A DNA stretch of 63,497 nt, filler included, from Lenisia limosa (lineage: Eukaryota > Protista > Breviatea), in the NCBI GenBank assembly GCA_001655205.1. It is 7 parts of 7 records of this genome, joined end to end, with 100 filler letters (N's around TTAATTAATTAA, not from the genome) between each part and the next. Parts side by side here need not be neighbours in the genome. Positions count along the whole stretch, not along the records: positions 49,181 to 61,471 come from LPNZ01004088.1; 6 more parts are not named here. The stretch is one strand, 5' to 3'. A program made the position numbers and the translations under genes. Under the pieces are notes generated by a model. It ran no database searches. It was not told the origin of the DNA and saw only the letters and a program-made list of their open reading frames with translations. Below are positions 49,382 through 61,571 of the stretch, in pieces (position 1 is the stretch's first letter; each line of letters begins with the position of its first letter).

Positions 49382-52210
49382 ATGATTCATTTTCAAGATG
49401 ACCAGCAAGGCAGCGAAACAACGCCTAGACAGTTCAAAAGACCCTTTGGAGAGCTTTCCTCAAAATCAAAAAAGTCAAAGGTATTTTTAGTCGGTAAGTC
49501 TCATTTTCTAGGTAAAGGCAGCAAAAGAAGACCCTCCCGCCACCTACGAAGAATTAAGACCATTCATTGCACGCATCATTGAAGTAGCCATTGTGGGCTG
49601 CTAGAATGGATCATCACATACTTTCTTGTGAATGGGGTGAAGCCATGAAGAGTTGACAATTCAGAATAATACGCACATCAAAAACAAGAAAGAAATATCT
49701 GTTTTCAGGGCCACTTTTGAAAAGTTACGAGTTTTGTATGACCAGGTAAATGAGGAAAACAGAAAATGGATACTATGTCACCAAAGCACTTCCTTTTATA
49801 AAAAATAGGCAGTACTTCGACGAGTTGATGCTGAGGAGTATTCCAAGCCTTTCCACCCAGTCTGTATTGTGGATTATCTACCCGAGGCTATTGCCTCCAA
49901 TCATGTATGCCGGCCTATTAACTCTTCGTTTATTTATGATTCATTAGGTAGTATCACAAGATATGGCGGCCTTTATCATGAAAGATGCCGAAAACTTTAG
50001 GTTGGTATTGATCATTTGAACTCTAATTTTTATTTTTTGTTTAAGGTCTTACTCCATCAGGTTGCTAAATTTCCGTTCGCGTGGTTTTTGGGGAACAGAA
50101 GACGAACTTTGGAACAACTACAAACCTCCGGATTTCCAGGCCATTTATGACCATGTTTGCTCATTTTCTTTTGGAATTTGTTTCAAAGACCGGTAGTTAC
50201 TGGTTTAGTTTCTTGAGACTTCCACCCCAGGAAAGAGGAGTTCGTCGTTCTTCCAAAGAGTTGCGTCTGCAGGTAGGAATATTGGTACTGCCTTTCAAGT
50301 GATACCTTTTCATCTGGTAGATTGAAATGTTTGAACTGTCATAATAACGTTTATAAGGAATGTTACTTTTGATTTACCCAAACATGTGCCTTACAGCACT
50401 TAAGGTATACCGAAACCAAGTCTTCCTATCACTTGTCACTGTGGTTCATGTCAAGTAGGTTTGGAAATTAGAATATTTGATTATTTAATTATTTTTTATA
50501 TCATATAGTAAAGTATGCATATATTACATACATGGTAATTTGACTAAATAGCATATTACACATCTTATTATCAAACAGTAGATCGATCAATATTATATGG
50601 TATTAGTACGTAACAGTACTATGTCATGTGTAGAACCAATACTTATAATAAGAGATTATGCGACAAAAACTTTCTCGTTTAAACTTTGCAAGTTTTTATT
50701 TGGACGGTTTTTTATGACAAGGTTTGGAGTTGATGTTATGCCCAAATTTCCTTCTATCTCTGGACCATTTATACACATTTTATTGAATAAAAGATGATAA
50801 TTAATTTTCCGCGAACAACTTGTAAGAAGAAGAGAGTAATATTTGATACAGGAACGCTATTTTTGAGTTTGAGATGCGGATATCTTTGTCACATCTTTTT
50901 TCACTGCTTCAAAATCCCCTTATTATAATATTCTAATGTCAATGACGATGATTTTGCGAGACTGCTGCTGTATCAAACAACTTATCATGGCACTCTAAAT
51001 GACAAATAGGCGTATGATATTTGCAAATCATTGAAATATTTGAAAAGACTCCATTTGTGAATTGACAAAACAGCCTAATTCGTCTCCAAAACCCCCCCTC
51101 CCATCTCTTGTCTTTTTAGCTTCTGTGTCTCTTGCGAAAAAGGTAATTGGATGATAATAGTACCACTCAAATTAGTTTAGATCATAAAGGCAGCGGATCT
51201 CGTGAGCTGTGAAACATTGGCCAGAGATTTTGAGCATCGACTGGGTCCAGGATGCGAGGTCATCGCCATCTTTCCTCTACTCGTGAGAGCGTTACTGATG
51301 CTTTGGTATGGTGGACGTATCCATATCTTCATGTTTATTTAGGCCACATTCACTGTCAGTTTTCTGGGATAGCCAGCCCTCTCCAGCTCTTGGAGTTGTA
51401 GCTTATTGCCAGGTATGGACTCTTTCGGAAGTGTACCCAATAACTTTTCCAGGCATTTGCCCCCGACGTCTCGGTAGATAATTTCTTTCATCCAACAATG
51501 TCTGCTGAGAATGGATTGTTGCCATTACTTGACAGCTCTCTGAGAAAGCCTCTCAGTTTATTGACACAGGTTTGGATGATTAAATAAGAGAGAGAGACAG
51601 CCTTTTTTTTGACGTTTTAGCACCCAATTTCATCAGTCTGTGGAATTGACCTTCCCGGTGGGTGGTGACTTTGATTTTGGTATTTTCTGTTTTTTAAAAC
51701 TGTTTTCCAAAAACCACTCTTGCTGAAGCCACAGCTTGTCATCTTTCCAGAAACCACTCTTGCTGAAGCCACAGCCTGTCATCTTTCGTGTGACCCCATA
51801 TGTACTGCGTTGAAGTCTTTGATTCCTTCTATTGTCTCTGAAGTAGGCTTCAAAGGTAGCGTTTTGTTCCGCTGTCATTTATTTACTGGCATAGAGTTTA
51901 AATTTATTCCCACATACATAGTTTTTAGGATAAGTTGACCTTTCACTTTGAAATTTTGTGACATATTTACAGTATATTACATACATATGATTTCTTCAAG
52001 ATGATATCACCAATTGGCCTTCACTATTCAGGTTGCCCAGGATTTGGAGTTTGACCAACGGATGGAGTTGATGAATTCTTCGCTCCCACTTTGGGCTGAA
52101 AAGTTAGTTTAGGTTTTGACAGCGCCTTCTTTATGTTATATGACAATAACACTGCAGTCTGTGTCACCTACCGAAATCTAAGCGAACTGGAAGGAAGAAG
52201 TGAACTGTTT
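49382..52210 (+). CDS. Hypothetical multi-exon protein
   Basis: GT/AG-bounded open exons such as VKAAKEDPPATYEELRPFIARIIEVAI, SYSIRLLNFRSRGFWGTEDELWNNYKPPDFQAIYDH and AFAPDVSVDNFFHPTMSAENGLLPLLDSSLRKPLSLLTQ. No family recognised; boundaries approximate. Confidence 0.5.
51710..51788 (+). repeat. ~39-nt near-perfect tandem duplication
   Basis: AAACCACTCTTGCTGAAGCCACAGC(T/C)TGTCATCTTTC twice. Confidence 0.9.
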
Positions 52211-52945
52211 GATGCAACTTCAGGATGAAGTGCATTTGTGTATTGGTTGAATGGTTGAATCAAGGTGTTTTACTGGTGTTTTATGCTTTTGTGTTATTTT
52301 CTTTCTGGATTTTCGGTTTGAGTTTGACAATACTCATCTTTCCCCCAGTTTCCCAGCCGTACAGGTGTAAGGTTTGGTGGTTTGGTGTAAGAGTCAAGGC
52401 GAGATTGAGGCAGGCGTGAAAAATAGAAAAATGATGTGCAATTGCCGTGAATGCGTGTTGGGTAGTTGGGCCATGAGGAACTGTGATTTAACACCAGGTC
52501 AAACACCAATCAAACACTAACGAAGTATTATTTTGTATGCCATGGTCATTCGAGGTGTTCGAGGCAAATATTTACTGCCCCTCTACGACCGCGGTCGAGC
52601 CGAAAAGGAGCCTGGTCGGGGGGAAATAGAACCTGGGATGGGAAGAACCAGATTCAGTGAGACCCCAGTATCGTATTTGTATTTTTGATCGGTTTATTTG
52701 CGCATTCAATTGTTCATGGGCAATAGTTAGGAGTTCGTTAGTAGTGTTTACATTGGCTTTTTTGTTTTTGGGAGTCCATTAGCGGCAAGACCTCTTCTGG
52801 TTAAATTTAGTTTTTGCTGGATAACTAAATCTAGGCCTCCTGACCTGTTTCCTGAGCTTTATTGTGCATAAAACACCATGGGCGATACCTTGCCTTCCCT
52901 TAGGTATTATTTCCTTTGTCTTTAGCTTCTATTTACTCTCTCCAG

Positions 52946-55900
52946 CGGCCTTATCACCCAGTATGAGGCCCTTATCTTCAGAAAACGCTCCTTGGAGACA
53001 AAGAACTATATTTGCCAGGCTACCCCCGATGATGTTCCGAAAAACTTGGTCTGACGGAAAGATTTAAGCGATATTCCAGATTACTACAATGTAATGAACA
53101 TAATCACCATTTTACATTTTAAAAACACTCAGTTGTATCATGGTTATTGATTAGGTGGATATCTGCTTTGCACTAGTTAATAATTCCCTCTTTTGTATTA
53201 TGGTGGTTTCCTTACCTCGCAGACGCTGTCTTTGGAGGAAGTTTCTGTTGGTCTTATGGTGGTTGAGGTGGGTTCATCACGGATACTTGGTTCTAGTTCT
53301 AATAAATGCTGATTGGTTGATTACATCAAGATTACACTCGCCCCGTAAACCCAACTTGTGCATTTATCTAGATTACGCTCACCCCATAGAATCAACTTGT
53401 GCATTTATCTCAATCGGACCTCCCGACATCTATTTGCCATTTCAGTCAAATCCTTGGTTTGGGGGACTGTTTGTTAGAATAGATAAATTTTTGGTTTCGT
53501 CTGACATTGCAGATCGACATGCTGAATTAGTGGCAGCAGTCAGTAAGAAGGAAGTCAAACAGGCATTCTCGACAAAGACGAAGGAAGGCACGTTGGAGTC
53601 TCTAACCGAGAAAACCGCCACATTCCACGTGTTGCGATTGATTCACGTTTGCTGGACACAAGGGCTTACGTTTCATTCCTTTGGTTTGTCTTCTAATCGT
53701 TCTAGTTGTGTTTACAAAAGAGCTTTGATGAACAGTTTGTGGGTCTTTAATTTGGAATGCCCTTAAACCGAGGAGAGTCATTTTTGAGATAATGGATTGT
53801 TGCCAGTTCCACTTGACATGTTCAGGGACTGCGATGTCTTTTCACAGGTGTCCAACGAGGTTCTGAATATTATTCATTCTTACTTGGCTTCAAAGTGAGC
53901 AGGTTGCTGTCTTAGCTCCGTTGCAGTCCTCATTAAGTTTGTAGGTACACCGAAGCAGTTCGCCGTCAAGCCCGTAAGAGCCTCGCACTTCTCAGTGTCA
54001 CACATATGGACGCCATTTTTGAGCTCATGGCTGACGTACACACCTCTCATGATGAGAGAGCCTTCACACCCTTCATGACTGCTTGTGGAGGTTTGTGGTC
54101 GTTTGCACTCCAGGATATTAGGATCTTTACTGACTCGTCAGCACTGAAGTTCTCTCTGGCCACCCGCCACCAGTCTGATGTTCTGACCCGGTTCTTCACC
54201 ACTGTCCAGCAGTGGATGCTCAAAGTGGACAGAGGCGTTCTCAGGAAGGAAGTAAGCCTCGTCCGTTTTGGACCGTTGTTTGGTTTTTGACTCTCTGAGA
54301 TTTGCTCCATGATTGAGGTTCTGCTCAAAAGTTTATCGAAGGGGAGTACTGAAGATGATCGCGAACTGTGGATTGTGTTTTGCAGGTAAATGGGAGTTCA
54401 TTGGAGTCAGCACGTTAACTCATTTAGTGGGGACGCCTGTGCGGGGTTCTTTTCAACTCTCAAAGCCATGTACCAAACTATTGAGAAGTGGAGCAAAAAG
54501 GAAAAGGTGAGATTGTGTGCTTTCCCTCTCACCTCCCCAAGCACACCGCATATTGCCTGCCAACCTTGGTAAAGATTCTCATCACAGCTCCTGCCCACTT
54601 CTTCAAAGACCTAGGTTTGGTTGCTGTAACTTCATCCTCATTCTAACACCATAGGGAAGAGCCTGAGTGAGCGATTGGTCAAGGACCTGAAGAAAGACCT
54701 AAGGCCATTGGCTCTCGAGTGTCTGAGGACGTTCACCTCCGGCCTGCCAATCTCAACCACCGTGGAACACACCTCGATTTGGACTTCTGTTGCCCAGGTA
54801 AGCAGAATCTTGTGAGACGCTGACTTTTCAGTCCATTATCAATGGCGTCTTTGGTGTCAAGAAAATGACAATTCAAAAGGTTTGTTCCTTTTCATGTCAA
54901 CTCATTTCCTAGGATGATATCATGATTATTGTTGATATCTTATCAGCCATTGGGCAGAAAGTTCCAAACACAATATTACAACATGCTAAAACTGTTCTTT
55001 CGTATGGGGGGGGGGGTCTCCTTGATGAACCATTTGTGACGTGTGCTGGGGAGGCATGCAGAAAGCTGTGTACACAGAGTTGTAAGGCAAATGATTGGGT
55101 GAATTAATATTATACTATTATTCAATATCTCTTTTAAGCGTGATGGTGTGGACAGCTTCGGCCAGATACAACTTTATTTTTTATTTATCATTGTTATATA
55201 CTACATGTGTGACGACTGTTTAGCCCAACCTTGCCCAAAGTGGTACACCCATACAGTATTCAACAACAAGCAATTTGCCTACGCGTTGTTGCAACATTAG
55301 GAACCGCATTACCCGAATCAGTTGACCGTTGGAACGGCGACCTTTACCCTCTTGTTGTTTGTGGGTGTCCTCTACCCTCTTCCCTCTTGTGTCTTAGCAC
55401 ACGATCAGGATTGGTTTGCAACACTTATGGGCTTAGGAGCCCTATCTTGACTCGAGCGAAACGGAGCTGTTGAGAGCGGCAGTGCCTTGCTTCCCTGCAC
55501 TCACCAACCCCGATGCTGAAAAGGTCATGGAAGTCGTGCACTCCATCGGTAGCAGGTTTATTTCAATTTCCTGCTGTCTTCACCCACCCCCCCTTTGACT
55601 TGTGCCTCTTTGTTTTTTTGTTTTTTTTTTGTGTGCTGTTGTTTTGATTTTAATGTTTTCGGTATGTGTGTTTGTTTTGTTGTGCTTTGTTTGCCCAGCC
55701 ACTTTTTGTTGTTTCCATTACTACTTTTTTGCTCAGCATCAGTACGGTTTAGAATAGTCACAGTTTGCTTGACACCATATTGTTCGTACCTGTAGAGATT
55801 CTTTTCTGCAGTCTGGTCTGGTCCGCGCTCTGTCCATCCAGCTTTGATCCCCTCGGGGGTCGTATGCTTGGGACAGCTCTAAGCGTTATGATTGGGTTAT

Positions 55901-58900
55901 GACTGTTATTAAGTCGGATTTTTTAACATTTCCCTTACTTTTTTAACGCCTTACAGGTACGTTTGGGTGATCAACTTGTTTTTGTTTTTGTGTTTTTGTC
56001 ATCTGGCTTTTGTCTAGTTTTAGCGCTTGTTTTTTTGTTGTTTGTCTGTTTGGAGTTTCAGATTATTCGGTTCGTGATTAGTACCTTTACGCCAATATTC
56101 TTCATCGAAATTTCCTTCGTTTTACTCCCCCCTCCCCCCAGGAAAGTTGACACTGGTTCAAGATCGTGAGATCTCCAACGCCGCCGTCATGGCTCTCAGA
56201 GATATGATGATCCGAGACGCGAACACGTGGGTGTAGACGGCGGATGAGTATTATGCCATGGCATGAAATCTTCAATTATTATACTACAATTGGCAGGTTT
56301 TTCTTATTGCTCTGTTGTCTAAATCCGTAGGTACCTTTGTGAAATTCTTTCTATTCTCACCTCCAAAATCCCACCGCTGACAAGAGAGGTGAGTAGCCCC
56401 TTTTACTTTTTTTGTTCCATTCTGCTCACGTTCTAGCCTGACGAGGTGTTCATGAAAGCAACATCAAGCCTGAAGTAAGCTGGATTAGCGTGTTGTGTGA
56501 AGGCTTATTTGCTTAACCCCCTTAGTTTAATGCTGCAATCCTACATTAGTGAAGCTTCCAACAGTGAAATGCCCTCCCCTTCTCGAGAGCTGAGCGCTAA
56601 AATTTCCAAACTCAGAATGTGGGCAGTCACTCATTTCTTGTCACCCTTGACACATAATTTGCTTATTGTGCAGCCATCTTGAGAGCATCTGTTTGATCTG
56701 GCTGCTTTCACCCGAGTTTTGGGCCCGAGAGCCGATGTTCAGGCTCCTTTCAATGTTGTCACATGACGAGGTTGGTTATCATCTTGTCATAATGGAAGGC
56801 TTTGAATATTTATCATTCCTGGCTTATATCAGGAGTAGCAGGTTATTGTACTTTTGAAAAGAGTTGACCCGTTATTGTACTTTTGGAAAGAGTTGACCCG
56901 TTATTCAGTTCCGTCGACTTGAAGGCCACGTGCCTGTCCCCTATTTGGGCGTAACCCTTGACCACGAGTCCACGGAGCAGGTATTGTTTTTTGGGAACAA
57001 AAATATTTCTTGGGAAATACCTAAAAAATGGTCTTTGGGTTTTGACGCTTCAGAATATGGAAGACCCGTTCTGGGCTGCAGAACTGACAGATTTTGTTGC
57101 CAATGAGTGAGCTTGGCGCAGGCTATGGATATTGCAGTTTATCGAGGGTTTCGAAGTGACGTCCTTCAGGTTCACAACTCATGGTGCAGTCATCATTTCC
57201 GCCTGGCACCAGCTGACCCCGATGTTGGCCGACCTTGCGGCCTGTGATAACTTGTCAATGATGGTTTGCGTAGCTTCATGAGACATTGACTATGTAGGGC
57301 CAACTCTATCGAAACGCAGTCAAATTCCGGATGCTTTGTTTGAGACAACCCGAACAGTGCAAGGACCTCAAGGAGTTCTCTAAAATGTATGATAGAAGAA
57401 TTAAATAAAACCATCTCACCCCACCCCCCAGGAACCCAGATGAGGCAACTTTCTCATTCAACGACTGTCGAGCTATGGGACTTCATGTTGCCGACTTCTT
57501 GATCGTAAGCTCCCTTCTATATTATGTTGCTAGTTCAAAACGAGGATCATATTAGACCGAACGGATAAATTTCAGTTCTTGAAGAGACTCTCACGTGTTT
57601 AGCAACTGTCTTTGTTTGAGTCCAAGAACAACGTTGACCATCTCATTAGTGACATAGTAGGAAGGGGGTCTGGACGGGACTTAGTAGACAACTCTAACTC
57701 GCTCAGATCAACGCGTTGCCTCTTATGAAGAAGTCAGTTCTGTGGTTCCTCCTCGAGGCTTTGGTCCTAAGGTCCGGGAAGAATTCTTCGGGAGTTGAGA
57801 GGTGGGGGCTTAGTTGGATAGTTGGATAGATGGGATAGATCACAGATCTGGTTGTGTTTACATCTGCAGCGATGACATTCCGAATATCACTGAGGACTAC
57901 GCTGGACTGTGTGTTGTTTTGGAGTGTCTTAACAGACTATCCTCCGCAGAATTTGCCAAAGACACCCAGTTACATTGTGGGTGGTTTACCTCATTTTGGA
58001 GTGCTTGTGTTGAAACATGATGTAAAAGCTTCCCAACAAAGCAAAAACTATGCCTTATTAATGGGACTATTGGGGTCATCCTTGGTTGACATTGAGCTGA
58101 CATTCAAGGCGTGACTTTGGACATCATCGCGAAGTACATTGGAAGCTCCGACCCTCTAGCTGAGCCGCCCTCATTTCCGACTACACCCCCGCGAGTTAAA
58201 AAAACCGTGTGCAAGGTACTCACCCAGTTCTTGAAGTATGTGGGTAACTGGGTAAGCCCACGATGTCTTGTTACACCACCGTACTTGTTGCATATTTGTT
58301 GGGCTAATAATTTGTTTGTTCTTGTGTGTTTAAGAGTAAGCTGAAGTAACGCGTACAGGCAACGGGTACGGGCTTTTTTTGCTTTGCTTTTCCAACCCTG
58401 GATCGATAGAGTTGAGCGTATAATGTCTCTCCCCCAGGCTGACGCATTCCATGCCATCTGGAGAGTTCACGAACCGAGACAAGGCAGTCCGCGGCCCTCG
58501 AGGCTACATGGCCCTTGTCATTGGCCTTCTTGCAATGGGTAATTGGGCCCTGCGATGCTTCCGGCCGTGTTTGTTGGTTTACCCACATAGACGTTTCGCC
58601 CGTTTGTGGTACCGCAGACTTTGATGCCGTGCCGGGACACGATACTGAATTGGACCTGATTTGCCGTGGGTGGTCGGGATAAGAAAGGATAGTCCTGCAT
58701 TGATTCTGACACTATAGTTGACATGGTGACGGAAGCTGTGAAAGGAAGTAAGAGGGTGTTAACAAAGTTCCTTCACAGTTGCCATGTGTTTGTTTGTGAC
58801 TGTTCAGATACGATGATCGCCGACAAAGACACGGACTTGCCCGATAGTCTTGTCCGCTTCTACAGTCTTGTCCTTGTGCGGGGAAAGCATCTGCAAGGTG

Positions 58901-61471
58901 GGGCATCTTTTTGGGTAGCGCTGACTGTACAGCGTCGGTGTCAGCAGGGCTCACGTGCACACTTCAGGTGGGACCTTGGGTACTAGAATAGTCAATGTTT
59001 TCGTTGATTATCACCTTGCAACACTGCCCATATCATCTCTTTCATCTCACATGACCCCCTCAATAGGCCCACAACGAGCTGTTTGAGACTTATGTCAAAT
59101 GGTCGTATGCCACTGACTTCTCCATTGCCGATACGCTGGACAAGATCTATGGTCTGGGGTGGGGACATGCTGGTCGGCTAGGGTCAATTCAGTACGCTTC
59201 AAAGTGACGCTCCAGGAGAGAAGAACATCCCACGTGCATACTACGGGCTTCTGGAGAGCTGCTTCCTTCACGGTGTCATTGAGGCTGTGACAAGTGACAT
59301 AGACTTCTGGCTCAGGGTGAGATGGTCTTACATAATGCAACTAATGTGGTCTTGAAGTCAACTTATGCCTATTTAGGTGGTCGTCTTCAGCGACCTTGTG
59401 TTCTTGACAATCTTCAACTTGATTTCTCCCAACGTAAGTTTCGGTTGAGTGTGCCCCTTTGTCTTATTTGTGTATTGAACAAATAGACTCTATAAAAGTA
59501 TGATATAATATCCCCGAGAATCGACATACATGAGGGTTGTTTGTTTTGCAATGTTTCAAATATAGACTAAGTGTTTTTTTTGTTCACTTTTTGCATAACC
59601 CATCAGCTCGTTTCGCGGCATTTGGCGGTGCAGCTTGCCATTGAGCTCTCCAGGCCGCAAACGTCCAACATGCATCTGAAGGTGGGTTTGGGGATGGACG
59701 GCTCTTTGGATTAGAATTGATTTCTGCAAGTAAATCAGTTTGTGATATTGGGGTATCAAAATGGTCGTAATCTGCGCAGGTACCTTCCGCGCTGCCTTCG
59801 TCGTCGCATAGTGATAGAGTCATGTACATCCAAACCGGAATGCGCTACTCCTCCGCTTTGGCTAAGGAACGCCCGGAACTTTGCAGTAAGCATCTTCATC
59901 TTTGAGTTTCTTTTGTTACCCCCGATGGGATGCGGTGCTGCAAAAGCGACTGGCCTGGGCTTTGTTTGTTATGTTGTTATCAACCCTCGTGTGTCGGCCA
60001 ACAGGNNNNNNNNNNNNNNNNNNNNNNNNNNNNNNNNNNNNNNNNNNNNNNNNNNNNNNNNNNNNNNNNNNNNNNNNNNNNNNNNNNNNNNNNNNNNNNN
60101 NNNNNNNNNNNNNNNNNNNNNNNNNNNNNNNNNNNNNCGTCTTCGGAGCGACGTGGAAGCAGGCAACCTTCTCATGTGCTTCACCCCTTGGGCTGCCTTG
60201 ATTGCCCCGGTATGCTCAGTCTGAAGTGTCACGAAGCCCCTGGGATATAGCGATAGCATTGACTTTATCCAGGCCCTTCGAGAAAGGGTCCTTGCACCCG
60301 GTGTCATCAGCTGCATTGACAGTCTGCTCACCATTACGGCCCGACTAGCTACTGTTCCCCCCCTCGCTGACACGCTGGAGAAGCTTTGGCTGGTGGGTGG
60401 GGGATGCTCTATGACAATTACTCCCCAAATCCTTGAAAATATCTTGTCAGTCTTTTTTTGGACAACATATTACATGAATATCACAACGTATCATATTCAT
60501 AATATATTATTTAGTCTAACATTTGATAAATACCTATTCCCTCAGACCGCGACGGGGTTGGAAGTTGGCCTGCCCTATGCCACCGCGCAACCAGGTCATG
60601 ACGTCATAGTCGCCGCCGGACATCTCACTGACACCATCATCGCCCGGTGCGCCTTGTTACATGCCCTTTTAACAGCCCTTTTAACATTAGCAACATTGAC
60701 TCAACAGATACGTCCACTCAAACCTCAAGCCCAAGTCCAAGCGTAATCGACAACGTGGGTGTCTATTTTGCTTTGGTAACAGCACATTCATCCTTGTCCA
60801 AAGATACCATCCAGCCTTCCTTGTTCAAACATGAAATGTTTTGACCATGTCAGATGCGGCGTCTCTTGCACTGCTCTTTGTGAGTAGAGGCTCGGGAGGC
60901 AGCACTCCCATTGTCGACAGTTTGGCAGCCCGTCTTCGCAGCTACGATGGCGACATCCCCGACTCTCCCAGCGACTTCTTCTTGTGGTAATGTCGGGCAC
61001 AAAGCATCCGTATAGTGGTCATGTGACACTGTAGGTACACCTCAAGACATGCCAGCCAGGGATTCAAGCCCGTGCCGTGCATTCCAACTCCTGATGGAGA
61101 GGTACCCGGGGCTCCCGGGTGTTGGGTTTATTTCTAATCGTGTTCTCGATTCTGACAATGCAGAAATTTGAGATTACGTCCAAACAAGCACAGGAATCAG
61201 CGTACCTTCTCCTGACGGATATGGTAAGTTGCCGTGATGATGGGATGCAACTGACTAATGAAGGCCTATGCCCATCACCATGCCCTTGTGCCACACTTGC
61301 CCCGACTCTTGCTCAATGCGTTCCTCTGGTTCGGACAAGGCCCAGTCGCCTGTGCCAATGTAAGTGGTACCTGCATGGACATTCGACACTCACGCAATAG
61401 GCGTCAGAAGCGCATATTCGCGCCATGCAACTTCCTTCTGCGGTTTTGCAGAGTTTGAGCTTTGCACTGTT
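52946..61471 (+). CDS. Furry/Tao3/Pag1/Mor2-like HEAT/ARM scaffold protein (divergent), many exons; runs off the contig end
   Basis: Segments in the order expected for FRY/Tao3: ILITAPAHFFKDL|GKSLSERLVKDLKKDLRPLALECLR, QAICLRVV...ELLRAAVPCFPAL...GKLTLVQDREISNAAVMALRDMM, HLESICLIWLLSPEFWAREPMFRLL, MYIQTGMRYSSALAKERPELC, NLLMCFTPWAALI, QESAYLLLTDM|AYAHHHALVPHLPRLLLNAFL. Recognised by eye only. Confidence 0.6.
55041..55172 (+). repeat. R3 dispersed repeat (~130 nt); other copies at 22622-22735 (+), 27321-27420 (+), 46208-46244 (+), 62217-62335 (+, permuted), 30541-30640 (-), 33637-33670 (-), 34862-34960 (-) and 45505-45590 (-)
   Basis: Conserved blocks AAAGCTGTG(T/C)ACACAGAG..AAATGATTGGGTGAATTAATA..ATACTAT and GTGTGGACGGCTTCGGCCAGATACAA. 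Confidence 0.8.
56840..56905 (+). repeat. 29-nt tandem duplication in an intron
   Basis: GTTATTGTACTTTTG(A/G)AAAGAGTTGACCC, about 2.2 units. Confidence 0.9.
59924..60005 (+). repeat. R1 copy (5' part; 3' part in a gap) in an intron of the Furry-like gene; further heads at 6277-6298, 18944-18970 and 61952-61986
   Basis: GATGGGATGCGGTGCTGCAAAAGCGACTGGCCTGGGCTTTGTTTGTTATGTTGTTATCAACCCTCGTGTGTCGGCCAACAG. Confidence 0.9.
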
Positions 61472-61571
61472 NNNNNNNNNNNNNNNNNNNNNNNNNNNNN
61501 NNNNNNNNNNNNNNNTTAATTAATTAANNNNNNNNNNNNNNNNNNNNNNNNNNNNNNNNNNNNNNNNNNNN

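Noticed and set aside
55398-55470. Apparent in-frame TAG (55434-55436) in HTIRIGLQHLWA*EPYLDSSETELLR, suggesting UAG reassignment
   Set aside because: The TAG works as a 3' splice site: a 74-nt intron from GTTTGT at ~55363 gives ...GDLYPLV|EPYLDSS in phase. TAG is also used as a real stop at 30665-30667.
19015-61527. The repeated palindrome TTAATTAATTAA as a biological motif
   Set aside because: Always centred in an exact 100-nt N block; it is an assembly linker with six-frame stops.
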